From positions 1 to 64,000 of the forward strand of contig CAXHJY010001656.1 of NCBI GenBank assembly GCA_964016885.1: a stretch of 64,000 nt of DNA, given 5' to 3'. Below are positions 11,946 to 25,687 of the stretch, in pieces. Both the position numbers and the translations under genes were made by a program. The notes beneath the pieces are model-generated. The model did no database searches. It had not been told where the DNA came from and saw only the letters and a program-made list of their open reading frames with translations. Position 1 is the stretch's first letter. The number at the start of each line of letters is the position of its first letter. This DNA comes from Eledone cirrhosa. Lineage: Eukaryota.

Positions 11946-12001
11946 ACTGCTATATATATTTCGATGATAGCCATTGAATGGCTATGACCTCATCAGGCAA
12001 T
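11946..12001 (-). ncRNA. Minimal type I hammerhead ribozyme (family B, inverted partner)
   Basis: Reverse complement of 12166-12221, within the 102-bp inverted repeat 11910-12011 / 12156-12257. Confidence 0.75.
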
Positions 12002-12027
12002 TAGTCAGTTCATCTTGTTGTGACTCT

Positions 12028-12087
<60 letters not shown>

Positions 12088-12165
12088 AGTCATCAGACAT
12101 ATGTCCCAAGGCTCTGATACCATCAACACTATAAACACAGAGCTGGCATATCTAAGAACTGACTA

Positions 12166-12221
12166 ATTGCCTGATGAGGTCATAGCCATTCAATGGCTAT
12201 CATCGAAATATATATAGCAGT
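12166..12221 (+). ncRNA. Minimal type I hammerhead ribozyme (family B)
   Basis: AUUGC-CUGAUGA-GGUCAUAGCCAU(uca)AUGGCUAUCAUC-GAAA-UAUAUA-UA-GCAGU; helix I, long helix II, palindromic minimal helix III. Confidence 0.75.
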
Positions 12222-12261
12222 AAATAAGGATTATGAGTTCATGCAATTGACTTATGTTTCG

Positions 12262-12910
<649 letters not shown>

Positions 12911-12935
12911 CTGAAGCTGGGTAATTATTACACAG

Positions 12936-13112
12936 AGTATCGGTAGAGGGCCAGACGCCACTCTTTGCAGCAGAGTTACGCCCCTTTACAGTCTGAGTTC
13001 AAATCCTGCCGAGGTTAACTTTGCCTTTCATCCTTACAGGGTCGATAAAATAAAGTACCAGTAATACACTGGGGTATTTGCTGGCCTTATGCCAAAAGTA
13101 GAAACAATTATT
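12936..13112 (+). mobile_element. SINE family A
   Basis: B-box, core and tail; flanking AATTATTACAC duplication. Confidence 0.85.
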
Positions 13113-13574
13113 ACACTAGTTCCAGCAAATAGTAGCCGACTATTTTGATGCCACTTCCAATACGGTCCACATATCAATGCTATTCATCAAGATTATGAAT
13201 AGGAGAGCTGTCAATACGCACCCTTCACGGAGTTCGTACGCACGCACACGCACACACGCACACACACTTTCGAACACACTCATATACATACATGTATACA
13301 TACTTATTATTCATATATATTATGAATCGTACGCTAGAAATATTTATAACGCTACCTTAAGTTTCATGGCTAGGCTCAGATTGTAAATGCAATCTGTAAA
13401 ATGGAGGGCTTTTACAGACTGTATTTGCAATTTGTGTCTAACCATGTAACCTAAGGTAGCATTATATATGTTTTGAATGTACGATTTATAAATTAGATCT
13501 TTTCCTATATAGTGAGCGCTCTTTTCCTTCTTGTTGACTCTCTCACTACGGAAACACACACATAGGGACACTTT

Positions 13575-13604
<30 letters not shown>

Positions 13605-13609
<5 letters not shown>

Positions 13610-14022
13610 TAATAAAAGGAATTCCAATTTTGTCTGATTTACTCTTTTTATTTACAATCCTTTAAAATTTATAATGGTATTAGAATGAAATAGTATGGTA
13701 GAATATTAAATGTTAAGTGTTAATTGAACAAGTACGTTCATGCTTTCGCAATCTTCAGGTTCACATTCTGTGGTGACAGTCAAGTTTGCAATGTTCAACT
13801 GTGACAGTCAAGTTTGCAATTTTCAACTGTTGAAAATTGCAAACTTAACTGTCACCACAGAATGTGAACCTGAAGATTGTGAAAGCATGAAAGTACTTGT
13901 TCAATTAACACTTAACATTTAATATTCTACCATACTATTTCATTATAATACCATTATAAATTTTAAAGGATTGTAAATAAAACGAGTAAATCAGACGAAG
14001 TTGGAATTCCTTTTATTAATAT
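13605..14022. repeat. ~420-bp palindrome (fold-back PLE-type remnant) centred at ~13828
   Basis: Arms ~190 bp, left arm with ~28-bp internal duplication; a third copy of the distal part lies at 11777-11880. Confidence 0.85.
13865..13903 (+). ncRNA. Minimal type I hammerhead ribozyme (family C)
   Basis: UGAAC-CUGAAGA-UUGU(gaaa)GCAU-GAAA-GUAC-UU-GUUCA; inverted partner at 13725-13763 has GAAC in place of GAAA. Confidence 0.65.
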
Positions 14023-14365
14023 AATCTTCTATACACAATCGTGTATATTTATTTATATATATGAATAAATTTAGTCCTTCATCAGTGATCTTCCAACCTT
14101 CATTGGTATTTCATCGCTTTAAAGACCATATACCTCTGGTTGGTGCGAGCAACGGCTAAAGAAAGTCGCTTGGACACGTAAATAGGGGGAACGAGCGAGA
14201 CAGTAAACAAACAAAGATGGTAATGCAACGAAAAGTGAGGAAGAAGGAGTCAAGTCCCTGAAATCGATGAACATAAGTTCTGTGAAATCGTGGACGACCA
14301 TCAAACCTGATCGAAATATGAGTAAGGAAAGAATTTCGCGCAGGTCAAACGGGAGGCAGAAGGAG

Positions 14366-14452
<87 letters not shown>

Positions 14453-14505
14453 GGAGTAAAAGGACAGGAGGCTGGACTGGTGAAATTCCTTAAAGGTTTA
14501 TTATA

Positions 14506-14565
14506 AACACTATGCACATTTCAATGACCGGGCTCTGCAAGTACCCGGTGACATCATCAGGTGTT
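14506..14565 (-). ncRNA. Minimal type I hammerhead ribozyme (family D)
   Basis: AACAC-CUGAUGA-UGUCACCGGG...CCCGGUCAUU-GAAA-UGUGCA-UA-GUGUU; perfect helix I; (TA)n ~55 bp downstream. Confidence 0.65.
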
Positions 14566-15161
14566 ACGAAATTTATCTAATAAAGGAATATAATAATGGT
14601 AGACACAATCCAGGGTCGCTGAAAAATAGAGAGAATGTTTAAGACCTGAAGGCGGCCAGAGCCAGCAGTTGCCAGCTTGGGTGACCGAATATATATATAT
14701 ATATTTGGCGGTGAGTGGGGGCGAGATAAAGTGTCTTCTAATAAAATTTCCGAAGCATGTTATTTCAACCGTCAACTTAAGCTTAATTTCTTGACATTAT
14801 CCTCCTTTACATATAAAAATATATATCGGGTTTTTCTTTTCCATTTCTGTTGACGAGGGAAATTTTAATGTATGCTCAATGAAACAATTATTTTTAATAA
14901 AACAATATATGTTTTGTCGTGGAGAGAAGGGCAGGGCCTGTGTCGCCCTTCAGGACTTGTAAGACTGGTTGGAGGGAGGTAGAGGAAGGTAATTTTAAGC
15001 CGGAGATCTGGCCCGAATGCTTGTATTATACTGAGTTCCTTCTGAAGGCATCAAGTGTCAAGTGGTGCTATTAAACCGGGCAACGAGTTGTCCATAAAAT
15101 ATAGACAAGATTTCTGCGATTTCAGAAAAATAGTATTTGGGATCATATGATATTATCTGGA

Positions 15162-15510
15162 TTAGCAGTATCGGTAGAGCGTAGACACCATGCTTTGCAG
15201 CATAGAGTTACAGCCCTTTATGATCTGAGTTCAAATCCCGCCGAGGTTAACTTTACCTTATCCTTACGGGGTCGATAAAATAAAGTACCAGTAATGTACT
15301 GAGTAATTGCTGGCCTTGTGTCAAAAGTAGAAACAATTGGCAGTATCGGTAGAGTGTCGGACAACATGCTTTGCGGCAAAGAGTTACGGCTTTTTACATT
15401 CTGAGTTCAAATCCCACCGCGGTTAGCTTTGCCTTTCATTCTTACGGGGTTGATAAAATAAAGTACTTCTTCCCTTCAAATTGCTGGCCTTGTGCCAAAT
15501 GTAGAAACAA
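15162..15510 (+). mobile_element. Two head-to-tail SINE family A copies
   Basis: A/B boxes, core and tail present twice. Confidence 0.8.
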
Positions 15511-15928
15511 GTATTTGAAGGAGATTTTACTGCTATTTCTACTATATCAAGGGGTCGTATAGAGTCTCTCTGGTTGATTTTTCGAAAATATACATATGTC
15601 GCAATGTGGTGTGTTTTTATAGATGTAAATCTGTCCGTTTGTTTACATGTTTGTCTATCTTGTGCCCGGGTGAATCTATGTTTCACATAAAGTTATTTTA
15701 CCTCGGCTATCATCTATCTCTAAAGCCACCCGGCCACCAGCCTACTACCTATGTAAAGTTGGTTTTATTTTCTAAGTTCTGGCTCTTATCTATAGATGCA
15801 GTCGGAGAAAGTCGATCTTTGTCTCTCCATATCTTATATATAACAGGCACACACTCACAAAGATGTATACAAGTACACATGCAGATACATAAGGCTCTCA
15901 CACATATTTATGTGAGTGGAGTGTACTT

Positions 15929-15998
<70 letters not shown>

Positions 15999-16356
15999 GA
16001 ATATATATGACACAGGTAGACAAAGATAAACACGCAGATACACACCCATTCCTTTGCCTCGACCTTTTATTCAATGAAAGAAAAAAAGAAATAAGCAAAA
16101 CGTGGAGATAATCCGAATGAAAGAGTAAGAGATATAGAGGAGGAGTGATAGAAGAAAATAAGCTGAAAGAGAGAGAGGGGTGGAGATTTGTATAGGAAAA
16201 GTGACAGAGAGATAGACGAAGAGTGGAAGAGAAAAATGAACTATGACATAGAGGGGGGAGTTAAGAAGAAATAGAAAGAGAGAATGAGTGCTGAACAAAG
16301 AGTGAAAGGGAATTATTGAATAGAAAGTAGGAAAGATAAGGAAAATGAAGTGGGAT

Positions 16357-16440
<84 letters not shown>

Positions 16441-16454
16441 TTTAATAGGATGAA

Positions 16455-16770
16455 TTTAAATGTACCTTCGTCGGTTTCGTCGATGAGTATTAGAGTTGTC
16501 CGATCATCAGAACAGCCTGCTCGTGAAATGAATGTGCAAGTGGCTAAGCATTGAAGGACTCGTGTCGTGAACCCTTAATCTTATTCTTAGGGAGATTCAA
16601 CGTGAAACGCTATCTGGGCTAAACCTGGCCCTTTGAAGTATATTCATAGTCAATCTGATGGGTTTCCAAACAGTTTCCGCATAGCCAATTTCAGTTGCAA
16701 GGCTTGGTTCGACTCGGCGTTTTGAAATTGACACTTGGTCAAGATGCTACGCACTGAGATAGAACCTGGA
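16455..16770 (+). mobile_element. Dispersed repeat (SINE-like), related to 25850-26120 on the minus strand
   Basis: Shared TCGGTTTC..CGATGAGT...CAGCCTGCTCGTGAAAT.AA..TGCAAGTGGCTAAGCA. Confidence 0.6.
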
Positions 16771-16881
16771 AATTCGAGAGTCGCTAACAATGACAACTAG
16801 TTATCATTTTTTTTTATTTATTTTTTTTTTTTTACTAAATACTTAATTCAGTAGATCACTTTTATTTATCTAAGTAGTTAC

Positions 16882-17325
16882 TCCGTTATAATAGGAAGGC
16901 GGCCGCAAGCTCCAGTTATAATAGGAAGGCGGCCGCAAGCTCCAATTGTTACGGGAAGCCAGCCGCAAGGTCCAGTTATAATAGAAAGGTGGCCGCAAGC
17001 TCCAGTTGTTACGGGAAGCAGCCGCAAGCTCCAGTTATAATAGAAAGGCGGCCGCAAGCTCCAGTTGTTACTGGAAGCCGGCCGCAAGCTCCAGTTATAA
17101 TAGGAAGCCAGCCGCAAGCTCCAGTTATAACAGGAAGGCGGCCGCAAGCTTCAGTTGTTACGGGAATCCAGCCGCAAGCTCCAGTTGTTACTGGAAGCCA
17201 GCCGCAAGCTCCAGTTGTTACTGGAAGCCAGCCGCAAGCTCCAGTTATAATAGGAAGGCAGCCGCAAGCTCCAGTTGTTACGGGAAGCCAGCCGCAAGCT
17301 CCAGTTGTGACGGGAAGCCGGCTGC
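16882..17325. repeat. Minisatellite, ~30-bp unit GCCGCAAGCTCCAGTTRTWAYRGGAAGSCR, ~14 copies
   Basis: Direct inspection. Confidence 0.95.
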
Positions 17326-18482
17326 ATTGAGACTGTCCTTAATTCTTAATATCCTGCAAACTGGTTAATTCAAATGTTCATAACATATTTATTAGTGGGC
17401 AGATCATTGTCCACAAATAAAGTATTAGAGTAAAGATTTTAATGTTTAATGTGATGCAGTTACAGTGATGTTTTGTACTTGTCAAGAATCTCTTGCTAAT
17501 GCAGTTTCAGGTGGTTTTTTAATTCAAATGTTTATAGTATCGTTATAATTGACAGGTCATTGTGAAATTTTTTAGTATTAGAATAAAGGTTTTAATGTTT
17601 AATTTGATGTAGTCGTGATGTTTTTATACTTGTCAAGAATCTTTTGCTAATGTGGTTTCATGCGGTACAGGACATTAAGCGTTAATAATGTTATTCACAG
17701 CATGTAAATTAATTTTGACAAATTAATTCTTAATTTGTTGTAATTATCTCCCCCTTTCTTTTGGAGTGGTGGTGGGGGGGGGGGTGATGTAGAATGAGTG
17801 AAAAGGCGACAGTATGATAACGCGTGTGGAGTTAAGACACGGCGAGAGTGAGGGAGAGAGTGTGCGAATGGGTTTTCATATAGGACGTGCAGTGCTAAGA
17901 CTGAGAGACATTGAGCGTGTGTGTGTGCGCGCACGTATGTATGTATGTGCGTGTGTGTGTGTGCGTACGTGTGTATGTGGATGTGTGTGCGTATATATGT
18001 ATAAATGTGTGTATGTATGTGAGTGTCATATAGTACGAATGAAAGGTAGATAAACGTGTAGGTCTACTAGGTGATGACCTGTGACAGATCCTGTACACAG
18101 AGGGGGAGAGAGAAAGTAAGTCTATAGAAAGAGTAAAATGGAGAAAGAGAGAGAGTTAGTATGAAAGGAAGAGGAAGTGAAAGAGAGAAAGTGTGAGAGA
18201 GAATGTAAGAGGAAATCATTACGATTTATGATATATGCACGTGCGTGCCCTGTTGCGTTGAGACGTTCTTTTCTTTTTGTTTTTTTGCCGCTGGTGTCTT
18301 TTAAACATACCCTCAATACCCCATAAGTAATATGACTGAGAGAACATATCTCAGGGGAGTGTTGTGTACGTACCTACATACGTACGTACGTACGTACGTA
18401 CGTACGTACGTACGTATGTATGTATGTATGTATGTATGTATGTATGTATGTATGTATGTATGTATGTATGTTTGTATGTATG

Positions 18483-18945
18483 TTATTCTGGTTTTATAAT
18501 TTCACAAAGTTTTACCAATAGAGAGAGAGTCGGTTTCTAACATAGACACAAGACTCTCTCATTGGAATTTACACATCAACTAGGTAGATATGTCTGTATG
18601 CATGCATGTGTAGATATATATGTTATTGTATGTGTGGATGTGTATGTTTTGAGTTGTATGTGTGCATGTGTATATGCTTTGTATCTGTACATCTGTACAT
18701 GCAGTTATTAGATGCAAAATGTTTGGAATGTTTTACATATTTTTACTGTTCCATTAATGGATTGTACTTGTAATTTCCTAACTAGTTGTGTTCTTTCTGT
18801 TCCTGTGAAGCCTAGCTTCTCAAGATTTGTATTGAGGCAGTTACTAACATATCCCAGTGCCCCAATAATCACAGGCATAAATCTGAAGGTGTAATCAGGG
18901 TGGAGTATCTGCAGATTTCTCATCAGTTCTGCATAAATATTCTCC
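18483..18945 (-). mobile_element. 3' fragment of R4/Dong-like RLE non-LTR retrotransposon inserted in (CATA)n
   Basis: ENIYAELMRNL...FMPVIIGALGYV (C-terminal restriction-like endonuclease region), stop at 18708, 3' UTR; (TATG)n on both flanks. Confidence 0.7.
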
Positions 18946-19173
18946 TATGTATGTATGTAAGTATGTATGTATGTATGTATGTACATATCTATGTATGTAT
19001 GTGTGTGTATCTATGTATGTATGTATGTATGTATGTATGTATGTATGTATGTATGTATGTATGTATGTATGTATGTATGTATGTGTGTATGTATGTATGT
19101 ATGTATGTATGTATGTATGTATGTATGTACGTATCTATCTATGTATGTATCTATGTACGTACGTATGAATGTA

Positions 19174-19415
19174 TCAGGGGCGGTGGTTCTGGGGAGCAGG
19201 GGTGTGTCCCCACCCCTATTTAATTATATTTTTCTCCCCAAACTACCAAAACATATCTATTTGTATATGTGCTACAATTTATGTGCATGTTATGTGTATC
19301 GCATATCGAAAGTTTCTGATCATTTTAGATTACAAAGAGCTAAGCTAATCACTGCAACTAAATTGACCAGATTGCGCCCACCTTCCACCGTCCCGTCCCC
19401 AATTCAGAAATGCTT
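19174..19415. mobile_element. MITE-like element (terminus CAGGGGCGGTGG); second copy 11318-11530 keeps the opposite terminus CCACCGCCCCTG
   Basis: Shared internal sequence TATTTTTCTCCCCAAACTACCAAA...CTAATCACT.CAACTAAATTGACCA; complementary termini across the two copies. Confidence 0.55.
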
Positions 19416-20444
19416 GGACGATACATTAGTCCATCGTAAAGTTAACTCTCAGCTGCTGCTGTTGCTGATAGTGGTGGGGGTGGGGGGGATAGAGCTGATG
19501 GTGGTAGAGGTAGTTTGGGGAATAGGGTTGATGGTGGTGGTGGTGGTGGGGAATAGGGTTCATGGTGGTGGTAGATACTCAATTCTTCCAGTTGTGGTGA
19601 CTGGAACAACGGGGACTAAATTGTTTTTATGAAGGAGACAATGTTCGAGCATACGATCGTGGGCACAACACCTTACACACTGGGCCGCACGCCTCCACAA
19701 TATACTCGCACCCGACCCATTTTACCAATTGTTCATTCTTTCGTCGTTTGAACAACAGTCTTCGTTCACAGTCTATTGTAGTTCTTTAGAAGTTATATTT
19801 AATGAATATACTATATTGGTCTTACTTCCCTGAACATGTCACTTCATCACACGTTGTCAGAGTCTTACAGCATTTTTGTTTTGGAATCTTTACAAAAAAA
19901 CATTTTTCTGTCGCGTATGTTCAAAACTAAACTCTCTGAAACCGCGTATGATGCGGGTCCATTATGTTTTGACAACATGACTGTTTCTTACTACACTACC
20001 ACCACTTCATCCCACGAATATCTTGGCCCATACCAGTGATTCTCAAACGGGAGGAAATTTAGATTAAGGGAAGAATTGGAAAGGAAGGTTAATCAGGAGT
20101 GGGAAAGAATAGTATAGATTGTGCATGTATGCATGGTCTCTTAACTCCTGATGGAGTCGTAGGGGTGCCGCAGTGCCATACGGCATTTCTAGGGCATTTT
20201 AAAACCTGGCAGAGTACAATACTCTCCAGGCCTGAGTGCAGCAGATTTCTTCCAGAGAAGGGTAGAAAGTGAGAGAAAAAAAGTGAGTAAGAAATATAAA
20301 GAAAGAATCTACCCCAGTACTTGACTGGTACTGTTTTTGATGATCTCGGTGGTATTTGAACGCAAAGAGCAGAGGGCTGAAATGGATGTCGCTAAGCAAC
20401 GACGTTCTAACGATTCTGCAAATTCAGCACCAGATTGTGTATTT

Positions 20445-21900
20445 AATACCAATATATATATAGTGTATAATGTGTATATATCACATGAAATACCAATATA
20501 CCCAACTATAGTGTATAATGTGTATATAACATGAAATACCAATATACCCAACTATAGTGTATAATGTATATATAACATGGAATACCAATATACCCAACTA
20601 TAGTGTATAATGTATATATAACATGGAATACCAATATACCCAACTATAGTGTATAATGTGTATATAACATGGAATACCAATATACCCAACTCTAGTGTAT
20701 AATGTGTATATATAACATGGAATACCGATATACCCAACTATAGTGTATAATGTATATATAACATGAAATACCGATATACCCAACTATAGTGTGTAATGTA
20801 TATATAACATGAAATACCAATATACCCAACTATAGTGTATAATGTATATATAACATGGAATACCAATATACCCAACTATAGTGTATAATGTGTATATAAC
20901 ATGGAATACCGATATACCCAACTATAGTGTATCATGTATATATAACATGAAATACCAATATACCCAACTATAGTGTATAATGTGTATATATAACATGGAA
21001 TACCAATATACCCAACTATAGTGTATAATGTGTATATATCACATGAAATACCGATATACCCAACTATAGTGTATAATGTATATATAACATGGAATACCAA
21101 TATACCCAACTCTAGTGTATAATGTGTATATAACATGGAATACCAATATACCCAACTATAGTGTATAATGTATATATAACATGAAATACCAATATACCCA
21201 ACTATAGTGTATAATGTATATATAACATGGAATACCGATATACCCAACTATAGTGTGTAATGTATATATAACATGGAATACCAATATACCCAACTATAGT
21301 GTATAATGTGTATATAACATGGAATACCAATATACCCAACTATAGTGTATAATGTATATATAACATGGAATACCAATATACCCAACTATAGTGTATAATG
21401 TATATATAACATGGAATACCAATATACCCAACTCTAGTGTATAATGTGTATATAACATGGAATACCAATATACCCAACTCTAGTGTATAATGTGTATATA
21501 ACATGGAATACCAATATACCCAACTATAGTGTATAATGTATATATAACATGGAATACCAATATACCCAACTATAGTGTGTAATGTATATATAACATGAAA
21601 TACCAATATACCCAACTATAGTGTATAATGTATATATAACATGAAATACCAATATACCCAACTATAGTGTATAATGTATATATAACATGGAATACCGATA
21701 TACCCAACTATATTGTATCATGTATATATAACATGAAATACCGATATACCCAACTAAAGTATATATTATGTATATATAAGATAAATACCAATATACAGAG
21801 CTATAGTGTAATTTGTGTATATATCAAATAAATACCAATATACAGAGCTATAGTGTAATTTATGAATATATCACATACATAACAATATACTCAACTAAGT
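20445..21900. repeat. Minisatellite, 46/48-bp unit TAACATGGAATACCAATATACCCAACTATAGTGTATAATGTATATA, ~30 copies, decaying at right edge
   Basis: Direct inspection. Confidence 0.95.
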
Positions 21901-22476
21901 GTAATTTGTGTACTTATATCAAACACAATATCAATATACTCAGCTATGAGAGCAATCATGAATTAACAGTTTTCCCAAAACAGTGCTGGTACTTCAGATT
22001 TAATCCAGTTTGGGACTACACAATTATTAAGGTTAGAAAAGTTTGCCCATGTTTAATATGATGAAAAATTACTAGATGTCAATTTAAAATGGGGTGGGAG
22101 GGGGGGGGGGGGGTGAGAAAGCTCGGGATAATAAAGGGAGGAACGTGACCTGCGTCTCTGAGAACCACTGCCCTCTATAGTATCTAGCAAGAGCACACCT
22201 CTCCGCTCTTGAACATTTGTGTTTTTTACCTAGATTCTCTTTAAACATAGCCCTTTATCCAGAGTCAGACAACTTAGCAGGTTCTATTGATAATGAAATA
22301 GGAAATGATACCACACACACATTACTTATCTTTTATTTTAAAAAACCCTTATGCTACTTCCCTCTCCTTCATCCCTCGACATGGGCAACACCCAAACAGT
22401 CACAGACACGCACACACACACACACACATATGTAATATATATATATATTTATATATATATATAGAGAGAGAGAGAG

Positions 22477-22544
<68 letters not shown>

Positions 22545-22656
22545 CGGGGAGATATCTTTCAAGACTACATATGTTAGGGCTAAAATATCTTCAGTGACCT
22601 TTCTTTTTCACCAGTCCCCACTTTCACTTCATATCTTTGATTGCAGAAACTGTGTC

Positions 22657-22713
<57 letters not shown>

Positions 22714-22714
22714 T

Positions 22715-22792
<78 letters not shown>

Positions 22793-23575
22793 ATGCACAC
22801 ACACACGCACACATATATACATATACCCACACACACCAAGTTTTGGAAGCTTTTCTAAGATAAGATGTACTTTATCTTTTGAGTAGCCCAATTTTGTTAC
22901 TTCCTTCCTTCATTCCTTGCTACAGCGGCTACACGGCCTCACTACCAATATCAATGGAATCTCTTCCATTCCTTACTACAACTTGCTACGACGTTTTCCC
23001 GGTGGCCAGGACGCAACCATGATACTACACTTTGCGCCTTAGTCTGGCTCACCAATCTCGATCTTTCTCTCTAACCAATGTGCATATGTCATACGACAAG
23101 AAGAAACTACACGGTTACATGGTCTCACTACTAATACCAACGGAATCTCTTCCGTTCATTCTTCACTACAACCACACGGCTACATGCTGTTTCTCTACTA
23201 ATCTCAGTGGAATAACCTTTATTCCTTGCTACAACCACACGGCTACACGGTTTCACTTCTATTCCAATGGAACCTAACATTACTATGAACTTCAGATTAT
23301 ATTTTCCATTTCTATTGATATTAACTCATGAAATAATCATTTTAGAAAAGAAAAGGTTCCATGCGGTTACGATTGACCATGTTTTATGCTCCCATAAGTG
23401 ACTGGCTTGCTTCTCTAAAGCACAATCCTAGACATAGTACTTTGTAGAAAACTAGCAGTTGCTCGTGTATGCCAGTCTTACCTCTCCACAGTATCCAATA
23501 CTAAGAATTGCAGATTTTATTTTCCATTTCTAGTGTACTTACATTGTGGAAAACATTTTAGTTAGTTCGTCTATT

Positions 23576-23627
<52 letters not shown>

Positions 23628-23778
23628 TGGTAGAATTAATTTGTCACTCGGATTTATACCATCGTATTTTAGTCCTTTTGCTGTCTTTGGGAAGGACTAG
23701 ATGCTTTGAGAGGCGATGTCCATAACCAAGCATTTTTATGGCCCACCAAAACGCCATGTTGGACAAAGTTAAACGGCT

Positions 23779-24625
23779 AGAGTGGCACCCCAACGATTAG
23801 CTGCACTAGTGACACAACAAGAGTGGCACCCCAACGATTAGCTGCACTAGAGACACAACAAGAGTGGCACCCCAACGATTAGCTACACTAGAGACACAAC
23901 AAGAGTGGCGCCCCAACGATTAGCTGCACTAGTGACACAACAAGAGTGGCACCCCAACGATTAGCTGCACTAGAGACACAACAAGAGTGGCGCCCCAACG
24001 ATTAGCTGCACTAGAGACACAACAAGAGTGGCGCCCCAACGATTAGCTGCACTAGAGACACAACAAGAGTGGCGCCCCAACGATTAGCTGCACTAGAGAC
24101 ACAACAAGAGTGGCGCCCCAACGATTAGCTGCACTAGAGACACAACAAGAGTGGCACCCCAACGATTAGCTGCACTAGAGACACAACAAGAGTGGCGCCC
24201 CAACGATTAGCTGCACTAGAGACACAACAAGAGTGGCGCCCCAACGATTAGCTGCACTAGAGACACAACAAGAGTGGCGCCCCAACGATTAGCTGCACTA
24301 GAGACACAACAAGAGTGGCGCCCCAACGATTAGCTGCACTAGAGACACAACAAGAGTGGCGCCCCAACGATTAGCTGCACTAGAGACACAACAAGAGTGG
24401 CGCCCCAACGATTAGCTGCACTAGAGACACAACAAGAGTGGCGCCCCAACGATTAGCTGCACTAGAGACACAACAAGAGTGGCACCCCAACGATTAGCTG
24501 CACTAGAGACACAACAAGAGTGGCACCCCAACGATTAGCTGCACTAGAGACACAACAAGAGTGGCGCCCCAACGATTAGCTGCACTAGAGACACAACAAG
24601 AGTGGCACCCCAACGATTAGCTGCA
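23779..24625. repeat. Minisatellite, 41-bp unit AGAGTGGCRCCCCAACGATTAGCTGCACTAGAGACACAACA, ~20 near-identical copies
   Basis: Direct inspection; no unique spacers. Confidence 0.97.
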
Positions 24626-25609
24626 TCACTTGAGACCTTCGTTGATTAACTAAATTGAGTTCCCCCAGTTTACTCCTGGCAGACTTAATCGGTCGCCGGG
24701 TTTAAAACTATCGTCATCTGATCCTTTGGTGTCTTTAGTAAAGTTGGAATGCAAATATTCTGACCAGTCTCCAGTTTCAGGATATCAAGTTCTCACATCA
24801 CTTTTTTTCCAGTAGTCCCGGTGGCTTTCGAAAAAATAGTCATAGGCGCTGCTCTGACAGACAAGAAATGTGTAGTTTAAAGAATTAAACAACACACCTT
24901 TCATATGTCAGACAATCGGACTACTATCAGACCACTGGGAGTTCTCTGTCTGGTTGTATCTCTCTCTCTCTCTCTCTCTCACTAACTGTCTCTCTTCCCC
25001 CTCCCTCTTTCTGTCTCTCCTCCTCTCTACCCCCACCCCCCGTTGCTCGCGCGTGCCATTCAGTAGTGGAAATCTCTTGTTGGTGCCGAGTTTTTATCGA
25101 AAAACTCAAGTTAGATTTCCTGTCGACTAATTTCCCTTTTCTTTTAACTTCATACTTATAATTTCCGGCGTATTCAGTAGTTTGTTAAATGGTCGGGCGG
25201 ATCAGGCTGACTTTTTTCTTGGAACTCTATATGGGAGTGAGAACACGGGGGTTTAGATGATGTTCTAAGGAATCATTGAAGGTTTGAAGACGATATCATT
25301 TAACAGACACACACACACACCATACTAGCATTTGGGCAAAGCCGGGTAGGCTGCTGCGTTGGATACAAAGGGATGAAAATAGTTGCGTTAAATGCTGCTT
25401 CACAAGTATTGAAACGAAAATAATACTCACCTTAGCTGATCAGTGAAAACACCATTGACCCTCAACAGTCAGCAGATATGTTAGTCAGTGTCACCCGATT
25501 TTAAAAACCCGGCCTTCTTCTCACACATACATGATCACCGTAGCCTGAACAATCTAAGTATTTTTTATATATATAATACATTTTGACCGTTGCAAAACTG
25601 TACCTATTT

Positions 25610-25687
25610 ATTATATACCACGAGTAATACACTGGTATAATTGCTGGCCTTGTGCCAAAAGTAGAAACAATTATATACCACGAGTAA
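25610..25687 (+). mobile_element. Very short 3' SINE A fragment with 18-bp target-site duplication
   Basis: ATTATATACCACGAGTAA at 25610-25627 and 25670-25687 flank the SINE tail. Confidence 0.8.

Noticed and set aside
16878-17368. ORFs with 10-aa repeats
   Set aside because: Artefact of the 30-bp minisatellite
20034-22170. hAT/Charlie element bounded by CAGTGATTCTCA / TGAGAACCACTG
   Set aside because: Flanking 8-mers (GCCCATAC vs CCCTCTAT) do not match as a TSD, so the pairing is unsupported
23779-24625. CRISPR-like appearance
   Set aside because: Contiguous units with no unique spacers, no cas genes, eukaryotic context
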